From Takakia lepidozioides (lineage: Eukaryota; Plantae; Bryophyta), in assembly GCA_030704615.1 (NCBI GenBank), contig CM060734.1, forward strand, positions 63,054,001 through 63,118,000: a stretch of DNA of 64,000 nucleotides. The letters run 5' to 3'. A program made the position numbers and the translations under genes. Each line of letters starts with the position of its first letter. Within the stretch, counting starts at the first letter, position 1. Below are positions 11,931 through 22,982 of the stretch, piece after piece. The notes beneath the pieces are model-generated. The model was given only the letters and a program-made list of their open reading frames with translations, did no database searches and was not told the DNA's origin.

Positions 11931-12528
11931 GGAAGAAGGTGGGGCAAGTTCCTCGGAGGGTGTAGGAGAGTAGTGCCCATTCCGGCTATGACAGTTAGAA
12001 CACACTTGTATAGACGTGGCTTGTCACAAAATTTGCAATAAAATGTTGCATTTCAAGTCCACTGGTGCCACATTCCAACTTCACATGACCCTATTTCCGT
12101 GCCTCCTAACCCTATTTCCGTGGACTCACAATGGTCTGCTCATGCTTTTTTTTTTTCCGCTCATGCTCATGCCGCTCATGAAATAGCAGCCCCCGGATTT
12201 TTGAGAGGCATAGTGGAACTGATGCATCACAGAGCTCCGAGGACGAGGGGGATGAGGGGGATGAGGAAGAAGGTGGGGCAAGTTCCTCGGAGGGTGTAGG
12301 AGAGTAGTGCCCATTCCGGCTATGACAGTTAGAACACACTTGTATAGACGTGGCTTGCCACAAAATTTGCAATAAAATGTTGCATTTCAAGTCCACTGGT
12401 GCCACATTCCAACTTCACATGACCCTATTTCCGTGCCTCCTAACCCTATTTCCGTGGACTCACAATGGTCTGCTCATGCTTTTTTTTTTTCCGCTCATGC
12501 TCATGCCGCTCATGAAATAGCAGCCCCC
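11860..12528. repeat. Tandem duplication (~335 bp) of the element's right terminus
   Basis: 11860-12194 and 12195-12528 are near-identical and both end in GAAATAGCAGCCCCC. Confidence 0.92.
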
Positions 12529-13539
12529 TGATAAGCTGAGTTGGGTGTTTCCTAGAACAAATGTAGGTTGTCATTGTCAGCTACTAGCAGCAAGGCAAGG
12601 ATGAATGCATGATTTGTGCAGGGGCATGGATAGCTGAAGGAGCAGGGATAGAGTGTGGTCCAGATTCATCCTAGAGGGCCAAATTTCAAGCACAAGATTT
12701 ATCTATGATTCCCTGTGGATCAATAACTACAAGAAACCTCCATGGGTAGATGGTCTATTCCGTGGAACTCGTTGAAGTCTTGCATTATGAGGATCAGAAC
12801 TGCTTGACTTGCACGAGGCCTGACCCTTAGGCAATCCCCAGAGCAGCAGTAGCTTTTGGGCTGCTTTTTTACTTTGTGTTTTTCATTTTGTCCCATAAGC
12901 TCTTTGAGCTTTCCGCAGATGTAATAAAGTACCATTTTGTTTCATTTCATTCATTTTCATTTCATTTTGTTTCATGGCATGTCTTTCATCGTTTGTGCAT
13001 TTCTAATGCATGATTAGTTCTCTTGTATGGCATTACTAGTCGACTCACTACAAACACAAAACTCCAAAGCATGAATCACTATGAACGATTGTTCAAGTAA
13101 TTTCGAGCACTTCATGTAAAGTAGTAAAGCAGTGGTTGCGCCAACTTCCGCAGTCGCAATTGCCACTGGGCATGTAGCACTGCAAGTTATGTGGTCTACT
13201 ACCACGTGGCAACAGTGGTGCTCGTCGTGGCGCCGCCACGTTGGCATCCACATCGTCATCCACATCCGCGTCCATGTGTCACCGCGCTTCAGTGAGTCGG
13301 TCCACTCATCCGGGTCAAAGTCGCCAAATTGGTTACTTCAGCATTAATCGCATTAATCGCTGAGCAGTTGTTTGCGCGTCTGCGTCCTTTACCACTCCAA
13401 TCATTGGATGTCCAACCCAACTACCACGTCTGTTGTAACTAGTCTGTTGTAACTTCCAGTCGATCCCAGTTTTTTGACTTTTACGACTCAAAATGAGTCG
13501 TTACCCCAGTGGTAAATGACATGAATGCTTCTAGTGGAT

Positions 13540-13890
13540 GTCTCTCAAACAATCTCACTAAGGCTCCTAATCCTTGCACAAATGGGACTCCAAAATAGTA
13601 CACCAAGGCCCCAAGAGTCTGCCAAAATTTGGCCCTCGAGGACCCCAAATAGTCCCTCACACAATTCAATAAAGACTCCTCAAGCTCACCAAATATTGGC
13701 CTCCAAGGACCCCAAATAACTCCAAATAGTCCTCCAAATGGTCCTCCAAGGACTCCCAATAGTCCTCCAAAAGGTCCTCCGAGGACCCCAAACAGTCCTC
13801 CAAAGACTCCCAATAGTCCTCCAAATGATACTCCAAGGGCCCTCAAATATCTTCCAAACAATCCTGCAAAGGCCCTTAAAGATCACTAAG
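13540..13890. repeat. Degenerate short-period CTCCAA-rich tandem repeat
   Basis: Repeated (G/T)CCTCCAAA / GACTCCCAATAGT motifs, which generate the spurious Gly/Leu-rich ORF 13481-13861. Confidence 0.6.
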
Positions 13891-13904
13891 TCCTTTCAAT
13901 GTTG

Positions 13905-14210
13905 ATACCTTAGCAGAGGTATAGTCTGAGGTTGCTAGGGTCCCTTATATTGATGATACCTTTACAGAGGTATAGTATGAGAATGAGGGTTCTGTTTGGT
14001 ATACTAACAGAGGTATAGTCTGAGCTGATTAGGGTTCACATATGGTAATACCTCAACAGGGGTATAGTAAAAAGGACGAGCTCATGTTTGGTATACTAAC
14101 AGAGGTATAGTCTGAGCTGATTAGGGTTCACATATGGTGATACCTCAGTAGAGGTATAGTAAAATAGACAAGCTCCTGTTTGGTATACTAACAAAGGTAT
14201 AGTCTGAGCA
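13905..14210. repeat. ~92-bp tandem repeat built from two subunits, each with an ATAC..GTAT inverted motif
   Basis: A(G/A)AGGTATAGTCTGAG at 13915, 14009, 14101 and 14193. The intervening subunit is e.g. ATACCTCAGTAGAGGTAT. Confidence 0.8.
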
Positions 14211-15491
14211 TACACTACTAGGGTTTGTAATGAAAAGCTAGAATGCAAGCTTCCTTGACTTCTATGCTTCTACTCAAGCAAAAATATGGTCTCTAGGTGG
14301 TCATAAGAGGCATCTTCTTGCTCTCTTCCACCCCAATGTGCAACCAATAGTGGTTCAACTCAACTTGCAATCATTGGCCACCAAATCAATCCCCCTTCTA
14401 GTCCTTGGGATTTGATTGCAAACTACCATATCTCCATTGCCGAGCATTCATGCATTTGTCTCCTTATCACTTGCCAATTGCTCCAAATCAATATAAATTA
14501 TCTCAATGTGTAGGAGCAATGCTTGTCACTTACAATATGCTCCCAAGCAATCCACCTTGGATCCCACTCTCACGCCATATGCCTCCTTTGGGGTCTTGCA
14601 CTAATCCATCATCCAAGTGCTCTCCTTGGTCATTGAATGCATGTTCCATGACCTCTTGGCCTATGTGTTGCTCTCCTTCATTGTAACATGAATCAACACA
14701 TATCTACTTCACACACAAATGGATCTCAAGGCTTTCACCTCTTGCTAGTTCAAGAGCTCCTCTTCTCAAACTTGAACTTACAAACTCAAGAGAGCATGCT
14801 CTACACATGCATCACTTGCTTGGTCAACTATCCACCACAAAGCTCACACTACCAAGAGCATGAATAGCCAAGTATTGCCTCCCCCTCTTGTCACATTACA
14901 TAGTTAGGGTGAAGCTATGCATACATTGAATGATGATTTCCCTTCAAGGATTTCCCACCATATGTTCTCCAAGCCGTTCCAATGGCACCCTAAGCTTGGC
15001 TCTACACCACCATGATTGGAAGATTTCTTCACATGCTCCCTTTCAAAACCTCTTGAGCTTCTTAGTGCTCTCCAAGTGCTTGCCCTTGTTGTCTTCAAGC
15101 CCAATCCTATGTAGCTCCTTGGCTTCTTTTCCACAACATCCATGACACATTGAACTTGCTTTAACCTTAGTTTGATAGTGAAATTAGCTCTAACAAGTCT
15201 TTAGTCACTCTCCACAAGCCATGGTGCACACCATCGACTCCATAATGCATACAAAGGATTCTCAAACCCTAGAATCCATGCTTCCACACTCACAAGACTT
15301 CCTCCTTGCAAGCCTTGCAAAATCTTGTGACTCAAGAGCTTTCTTCTCAAGCTCTCCAACTCATTGGTGCATGCAACACTTGAGCACCTTTCCTTGCAAC
15401 CCCTTGTAAGTCTTGTGATACAAGAGCTAAATTCTCTTAGCTCTCAACCTCTTTAACATATAAGTGCAAAACTAATCCTTACACTCCACAC

Positions 15492-16222
15492 TCACAAGCA
15501 TAAGGTGATCTTCTTGTAGTGATAAGAGATGGGAAATGAGAGAAGTGAAAGACAATGAAAAATGACAAAGAAAGCCATTTTATGACAGCTAGATGTATCT
15601 TCATTAGTGTTTTTCCTCATTAGCTCTTCTTGTAATAGATGTGTAATTAATATTTGTAATGTTATATTAGACATACAACGCAAAGAAACAACAAGTCCTT
15701 GATAGCTTTTGGGTAGACTGCGCATTAGTGCCAATGTACTGTCTTCATCAGTAACTATTGATCAAGCACCTGCAAATTGTTCAAATCTTAAGACTGATAA
15801 TATGATCAGATATATTACCATCTTCACTCATTTTCAATGTTGCTAGCCTATCTTTAAGATACATCTTAGTTATGACATCTTTTGACTCATATAGTCGAGT
15901 CAACTCTGTCCACGATTCTGTGGCAGTGTTACAATTGCTAATGTGTAATACTTGTGAATTTTCTTAAACATGCAGTTAGCATATTTAACGCATCTATATT
16001 TCTTTGATCCCAATCTATTTTACTGCATGTTCCCGTGGCTGGAAGAGGAGTTTGACTAGATGAGGATGATGAGGCAATTGGAGTTACTGGACGTCTTTCA
16101 CTACCGTCGACAATTCTCCAAACCTTTTCTTTTTTGAGCAACAGAGATATTCTATGCTTCCAGACATGAAAGTTAGACCCATCAAACTTTTCTATATTTG
16201 CACTGAAGGTTGATGTGGACAT
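15492..16222 (-). pseudogene. gag: Ty1/Copia gag fragment
   Basis: IEKFDGSNFHVWKHRISLLL (Copia gag N-terminus) and LMRSLPKSYQGLVVSL (UBN2-type gag motif). Frameshifted. Confidence 0.85.
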
Positions 16223-16257
16223 CTCTTTCTCTTTCTCTTTTTCTTTCTAACTACCAA

Positions 16258-16500
16258 GGCTCTAATACCATGTACAAAAACAAGAGATCTACATTTCTAC
16301 AGTCAATAGAAGACAATATAGAGTATAATAAGAGAGATTGTATTAAATTACATTTTTTGTGTCTTTTTATACATGCTAGAAAGTTGTGTCTCTTGACACC
16401 ACAACCGATTCTATTTTAGTAGTCACACCTATTCCCTATAGTTGTGACCTTTCATTGTTGAGTTGTGACTCTTGAAATGTCCTTTCGTATATTGGGTGAA
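16258..16500 (-). mobile_element. Copia PBS (tRNA-iMet) and truncated 5' LTR
   Basis: Minus-strand TGGTATTAGAGCC (16270-16258) abuts the LTR end ...TGTACA (16271). 16271-16490 is nearly identical to the reverse complement of 58980-59198. Confidence 0.8.
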
Positions 16501-17892
16501 AGCATGCTAATAGGACCCAAAAAGGATGTCACAATTTGTTTTTCAGCGCAGATGGCGCATTTGATCCAAATCTATGACATCGAGTTCAGCATGAAACCAC
16601 ACAAATCTTATATCATTGGAAAGCCCTTCAAGTGCTTGTTATGCCCATATATTATTCTTTTTTATTTGACAAGTTTAAGGGGTCCTAAAGTAGTCATGAA
16701 TAGCACAAGGTCCAGATGTCTCAAATTGTTGTAGTCCTTTAGGACTCAATTTGCACACCATAGCATGTGAGGGTCCTCTCGGGATTTTTCATGTGCTTAT
16801 GTAAGGTGTGGAAGTATGGAAAAAGGATAGTAGACCTGGAAAACCAGAAAAGCCCATTCTCATAGGAATTTGCTCCTTTGCGGTATGCATAAGTTAGGGG
16901 CACCAAACTTTACTACTAATAAACCTAAAAATTTGGGCATAGTTCTTCACCAAAAGGGTTTAGCTGCTGAAAAGGGAGGAGGCCATGTTCTTGAAATGGC
17001 TACAAGATCCTTTAATTTTGAATTACAGGCCCAAAGGAGTTCTCACAAATGAGATATCCTTCATTGGAAATTCTTTTAAAATAGTCAATATATGAGATAA
17101 TCTCAAAAAAATTACATGAGCATCTGCAGCATTGAAGTAGGCATTGAACAAACCAAACCCGGCCTAGAAGCAATCAGGGGAAAGAAAATGGCGACAAATG
17201 GAAGTCGAGGTAGTATTGTAAGCTCAAAAATGGAGAAGTGCGAGACAGTGTGAAACCGGATGAAAAATGTTTCACATAGATGAAAGGATTGGATGTGGTT
17301 AGTTGAGGGCAGCGTAATACGAAAACGGCGTTGGTGGCGCGATAATTTCTTCTGACATTGCGGGGAGTGCGTACGAGGAGGAGGAGAGACGAAGTGATCG
17401 ATGGTGGCATTCTTGATTATGGCTGTCTGCGCAGTTTAAGGTCTCAGGAAGAAGCATAGACATGGCTCATGGTTTTTGAGCGCCGTGGTGATCGTTCTTC
17501 ATTCGAAGGCGTCTTAAGGGTGGTTCCTCATTATCTTGACATGCATGAGCAGTAGAAATTGAGGTGAGCTTGATGCTGGCCTTTGTGCGGCAGTCAGATG
17601 CGAATGGATTAGTGGGCCCAATTTGAGGAGCTATTTTTGCTTGCTGCACTACGTGGGTAGATGGTCAACTGGAAACAGCAACGGCAGCAGCGCAATTCAT
17701 AGAATAAGGCACTTCCAATGAAGGTTCATTCTTCAACACATTTCAGCCTGTTTTTGCCTTGCATAATATTAGAGAATGGCAGAGCAAAGTAAAAGGGAAA
17801 CAAAGAAAAGATATTGCTAGAGCCAAGAGCATTGTTTGTAGTGTGGCAGTTTCCAGCCACACTGAGAATGTAAGATTGACTCCGAAGGTCCT

Positions 17893-18396
17893 TGTCGCGC
17901 GGCTTTTACTCACCCATCCCTTCGCTATCCGAGGCGGAAACTCCAAGATAGAAGAGTTGGAAATCTCTAAGTACTCAGCCCGTGCAGAACAATCAGTCAT
18001 GACCTACAGCTAGTGTATCATGGGGGTGTTTCCTATTTGTTTCCCGGGCTGTGACTGGCTGTGTGGCTGTGCCGGGCTGTGTCGGCTGTGTCGGCTGTGT
18101 CTGCTGTGACGACTATGTTGGCTGTGTCGACTGTGACTGCTGTGGCGACTGTGACGGCTGTGTTGGCTGTGTCGACTGTGACGACTGTGACGGGCTGTGT
18201 TGGCTGTGTCGACTGTGACGACTGTGACGGGCTGTGTTGGCTGAGTTGGCTGTGACGACTGTGACGGGCTGTGTAACCCCCCTCTATAGTGCGCTGCTGT
18301 CACCCCTAAGGCTCCTGTTGGTCTCAGTCTGTGCAAAAATTAAGGGTACCCTACAGATCCCGTATAAGTGTCTAAGTCCCCTACAGTCCTCTAACA
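17893..18396 (-). repeat. 3' LTR of E1 (internally deleted)
   Basis: TGTCGCGCGG...CCTCTAACA matches the E2 LTRs but lacks the central ~450 bp. The adjacent PPT is the reverse complement of TTACCCCTTCCCCCCTC. Confidence 0.9.
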
Positions 18397-18434
18397 TTAC
18401 CCCTTCCCCCCTCAAAAAGCCGTGTCCTCACGGT

Positions 18435-21400
18435 TTACTGTTTCCGAGTAGCAAACCTTTGTGAGTGAGCACCTTGTTGACGTTGAGAGTTTTGTGGCGG
18501 ACTGTGTGTACGAGCCCGAGGTCTGTCTCTGGTTGACGGAGATGGTTGATCACTACCTGGATAAGTGAGGCCCTCTGGAGGCTGATATCGAGGTAACCTT
18601 TCCGGCATAGGAGACCCCCGTCGCTTCTTCTCTGCCATCTGAATTGCATAGTCTTCTCCCATGTCAAAAGAATTTGGTGAAGAAACAGTTGTATCAGAAT
18701 CCTCATCACCTCTCAGATGTTTTTAATTTTCGAACCTTTTGTGGAATCATCTGGGGCATACAATGCTGTCCTACCATGTCTGGAAGTTTGCATTTTACAA
18801 CTTGGTGTAACCGCTGAACAGCAAAATTGGTGTAGACACTGAGCTCCTTGTCTGTCCAGGTGAGTGGGGTACCAATTACTGGTGCAGCGTGCAAGTACTT
18901 CCATGCCACATGTCCCTTATAGAAAATGTCATCAATGCCGAATTTCTGTGTTGACAAATGGTTGCAGGCAGCTTGAAACCATGAACGAATTTGAGAATCC
19001 TTTTGCATCATAACTTTGGGTCATATAGGTACATATGAGGTGGCACCGAAGGTAATACCCAATGATCTCCACTGGAATAACTTTGAAAGCGTGTTTGCAT
19101 CTTTTGTTGCTCAATGTGGTAACGTACCAGAAAACAAGCAGCGTAGTATAGCTCGCACCCCATGACAATACTTGCTATCTCCTTGGTCTTGGTATAAATG
19201 AGTCCATGTACAACCTGGAAAGCAACCAATTCCCTCAACATGGTACCTGCCTCGTGCCAGTATTGTGCAAAGTGATGATCTTCAATATGTCGATTGTTTG
19301 GAAGAACTTTAGTCCTAGTTGCCACTGGCAGCCAAATACGCATGATTTGGTAGTAATGTGCGAATGACTGCGGAGGACTAAATTCTTTCCAAGCCAAATC
19401 CAACATGATGGGAATTTGGTTGAAGGGCATAAGCATAGCCCTGTTGTACTCCCTTGCAGCTGGAGTTTTAGGTGGGTTAAAAGCGGCATTGCCCCATACC
19501 TCCGGCTGTGGTGGCTGTGGTGTGGTTGTAGTAACCACAAGTTCAGCTACTGGTACAGTGACTTGTTGTGGTGGTGGTGGTACTGGCTCTTGTATCATTG
19601 GCATCTCCTGCACCTCCTGTGAAGACTGAAAAGCCAAAGTTCTGGCTTGTAAATAAGAAGCCATTAGCTGTTCCTGAGGGATATAGACTCTTTGGTCGAT
19701 GTTTGAAGTGAGGTCTTCCACTTGAGTCTGGAGTCCGTCTACATCCTCTTGTAACTCTGCTATCCTACTATAGACATTGTCTATAGTAGTTGTGGCAATG
19801 TTCTGCACCTGCAGCCTGAGCTCATTCATCTCGCTTTGGGTGAGCTTCCGTGGGGCTTTGCCCTCTACTGGCCCTTGTGCTAACCAGACCTGCATAAGGC
19901 TGTTATCCACCAAGCTACTTGTGGTTCCCCTGAGAGTTTGCTCCTCTCTTAGCTTGTACAATTCCAACTGCTGTTGTAAAGCCTCCATGCGCTTCGCCTG
20001 TGGTTCAACCAATTGCGCATAAGCAGCAAGTAGATTATTGGCTTCCTTCCAAGCCTTGTTACTGACCGCGATTTCATTTCTATTGGCCATGATGGTTTGT
20101 TGCAACTCCACGATGTGTTTCTCTTGATCAGCTTCCATCTGCCTGTATTGCTTGAAAGTATCTTCATTGCGACAGATTGTATTCTTCATATCGACAATGA
20201 GCTTCATTTGCTCAACATTCTCTTCTTCTGCCTTCGTACATTTTCCGCTTGACTGTTTATTTCTTTAGTAGATTGGTCAAGCATAGTTGTAAACGTAGCA
20301 CATTGTATCGCCATCCTGTTATGCACTGTCTGCAACTCCGTGTGTAGTGCATTCAGTTCTTGCAACTTGCTTTCATGCTGCACCTGCATTTGGTATAGCT
20401 GTTGCCTATGTGCTTTGTGCAACTGGTCTTGCGCGAGGCCTGCCTCAATCAATTGTTCCTTGGCCAATTGCAAAGCCATCTCTGTATTTCCCAAGTCCTG
20501 TTTCATCTTGAGAGTGACCTCTTTATTGACCTTGTTTGCACACTCAGTGGCAAGTCGAGCCTCAAACTCCTTCCTGAGTTCCTCTCTCAAGGCTGTCAAT
20601 TGGGTAATTGGAACATGGGATTTGACATAAGTCCCCAACAAATTAAGTGTCCTGCCTATGGAACTCATCAGCATTGCCTGTTGAGGGTCATCATGGTGAG
20701 GTTGCTGCTGTTCCTCCTGATCTTCAACAGTATGATGTCTCACTAACCATTCAGGCCATTGTCCCACCGGATTTTCTTCCTGAACTACTTCATCTATCAC
20801 CGGTGCTACAGTGTCATGACCTTCCGCCTGTGGTACCTCCAACACAGGTGTGTGTATTATATGCACCTCAGGATTTCCCTTGGGCAACTGTTGCACCTCT
20901 GGGATTTCTGTCTCCTTGACCAGACCAGAATATTCATAGAGAAGGTCCCCTTTCTCTATTCTGCCACTATCTGTTCTGTAGTTGGAATATCTATCCCTTC
21001 ACTTTCCAAATCAATTATTTCGGGTTGAGCTGCATGGATAACTTGTGACCTTGTGACAAGTCGTTCAAGTGGCTGTGATGGTTGTGATGCAGAAGTAACT
21101 TCCTCCTCCCTCTCTGAAGGTCCTGTTTCCAGTAATAGCATTTCTCTGTGCTGCTGTGCCCCTTCCTGGCCATGAGCTTGGGAAACATTATCATGCGGAA
21201 TCCGTGAAGCCAGTGGATCCGCCACTACAGTCTTTCCCCTTCTCTGCTTCTTAGTCTCGGGTTGTGCTGCTAGTCCACCCTCACTGTGTGAAGAGCCTTG
21301 CTCTTCCATTGCAGTTGTTTCTGGCTCAAACACTCCATTTCCTTTCTTTCTTGTGCATTAAGTATGCCAGAATCAAGGATTATTTGAGCAATGATTGGGC

Positions 21401-21915
21401 CAGACACCATGATAGGAGACTTTGCGGTAGTACCTTGTAATCTTTTCATCTCCTCTACCAGTGCGTTGTACATTATGTCCGCCCATTGTACCTCTTGTCC
21501 CTTCAGGCCTTTGAGTATTTCCTCTGTGAAGGATCTGCTCAAATACTGTTGGTTCTGTTTCAGGGCAATCAGAACGTTCAATACCTGGCCTATCTCTTTT
21601 AACCCTGGGTACACAGCTTTGGTACAAGCATAACCCTGAGTTTTAAAGAAACTCCCTTCTTGGAATAAGTCCCCTATTTGCAGTCTTGCCCTGTGTTCCT
21701 CCACATGAACCCGACCTGCTGGCAATCGAAACAATTGCTGGAGGTATAGGGGAGTAATCATTAATTCAACTCCTTTCACCGTTGTTGTTCCTGTCCTTGG
21801 CTCAAAGTTCTGCAAAAATTGTAACATGTACTGTCTATGGTGTAGTGTCCAATCTAGGCTTTGCAATCCTTCCAATCTCAGCCCTCCAGTATCTTATCGC
21901 CTGTGGGGTAGCCAT
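18435..21915 (-). CDS. Gypsy 3' extra ORF (frameshifted): plant-transposon accessory-like N-terminal domain plus long coiled coil
   Basis: ORF pieces 21270-21875, 20956-21333, 20204-20896, 19008-20207, 18706-19011 and 18435-18662 are collinear with copies in E2 and E3. FLQNF..TTVKGVELMITP..LQQLFRLP...VQWADIMYNAL resembles Athila-type/Transposase_32-like accessory proteins (inference). Confidence 0.65.
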
Positions 21916-22575
21916 CGTTTGTTTCTGCAGAATTGTGGTGCTCTTCACCCTGATTTCCTCCATTCCTCTCACTCTCTTCATTTTAGACTCACAGAAGTGT
22001 TTTGGTTGTAACAACTGCAGGAATGCCTGTAGTGCACAAAGCATAAACGTATGATTGCCGCAGAAAGCTATGGGTAATTTCTTGTAAGCCTGCGGGGCTT
22101 GCAAGCATCGCTCAAGAGAAAAACTCCGCTCTGTCCTTTCGTGTCTGTGCCACTGCGTAAGTAATATTGCGAGCGTATAGTCTGTTAGTTCCTCCATAGT
22201 TTCCAAGGTATAGCATTGATGGTCTGTCCTGTCGAGACGCCCGTTACTCAGAACGATGCCGCCTCTTGCGCTCAATTTCCCTCCATTTTCTTGTTCCTTT
22301 CTCTGATTTTCTATTGGCTGTATCCGCTGTGACTGGATTTTAAATTTTATCTTCTTTAGTGGACTTTCCCTGTTGGATAGTCCACTAGGATCACACATGT
22401 GACAAGAATTTCGCTTTTCTGTACTTGCCGTTCGTTCCGTTTCCCTTTTTCCGTACTCATTAATGGGCCCGCCTTTCATCCTTTTTGACGGCCGTTCTTG
22501 TCCTCTTTCTTTTTGACACCTGTTCTTGCACTTCCTTCTCGGCTGTGTGTCGCACCCCGACCCGCACGTGTCCAT
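21835..22575 (-). CDS. Small post-integrase extra ORF of unknown function
   Basis: TMEELTDYTLAILLTQW is conserved in E2 (34772-35332) and as AMADITDYTLALLLTQW in the diverged E4. Confidence 0.4.
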   Translation of the reverse strand: MDTCGSGCDTQPRRKCKNRCQKERGQERPSKRMKGGPINEYGKRETERTASTEKRNSCHMCDPSGLSNRESPLKKIKFKIQSQRIQPIENQRKEQENGGKLSARGGIVLSNGRLDRTDHQCYTLETMEELTDYTLAILLTQWHRHERTERSFSLERCLQAPQAYKKLPIAFCGNHTFMLCALQAFLQLLQPKHFCESKMKRVRGMEEIRVKSTTILQKQTMATPQAIRYWRAEIGRIAKPRLDTTP

Positions 22576-22679
22576 TTTTAAAGTAATTTCCGTTTCCTCT
22601 TCCGTCAGCCATTTTACTGAAGTTATTATGTGTCCACTTGTCACTGATTCTATGGATCGTGTAACTTTAGTAGGCTGTT

Positions 22680-22880
22680 TTGAGCTGTGACAGGCTGTGT
22701 CATACTGTGTTACGTTGTGATAGGCTGTGATGCACTGTGGTAAGCTCTGATAGGCTGTGACACGCTGCGGTAGGTTGTGATAGGCTGTGTTGCGCCGTGC
22801 TGGGCTGTGATAGGCTGTGTCACGTCGTGATGGGCTGTGATAGGCTGTGTTGCGCCTTGCTGGGCTGTGATAGGCTGTGT
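22680..22880. repeat. GTGATAGGCTGTG tandem repeat (30-bp period) downstream of integrase
   Basis: GGGCTGTGATAGGCTGTGT recurs at 30-bp spacing. Related tracts lie at 35610-35770 and 46840-46955. Confidence 0.8.
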
Positions 22881-22982
22881 CATGTTTGTTTTGCCCACCC
22901 TGGTCATATATGCTGGGCCTAGCGACAAGTGTTCCATACTCCGTTCGTAACACTGGTGCAGCCCGTGACTGCTCTTGCGGTT

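Larger units (their letters stand above)
4667..12528 (+). mobile_element. Putative DNA-transposon-like unit of unknown superfamily carrying a ParB-like/amino-methyltransferase gene and palindrome arrays; left end apparently lost
   Basis: The right terminus ...CTCATGAAATAGCAGCCCCC (12528) is identical in reverse complement to the start of an insertion that interrupts a Gypsy RT at 25608. Subterminal GCTCAT repeats are present. No transposase was recognised. Confidence 0.6.

Noticed and set aside
13481-13886. Gly/Leu-rich repeat protein
   Set aside because: Translation of a short-period DNA repeat.
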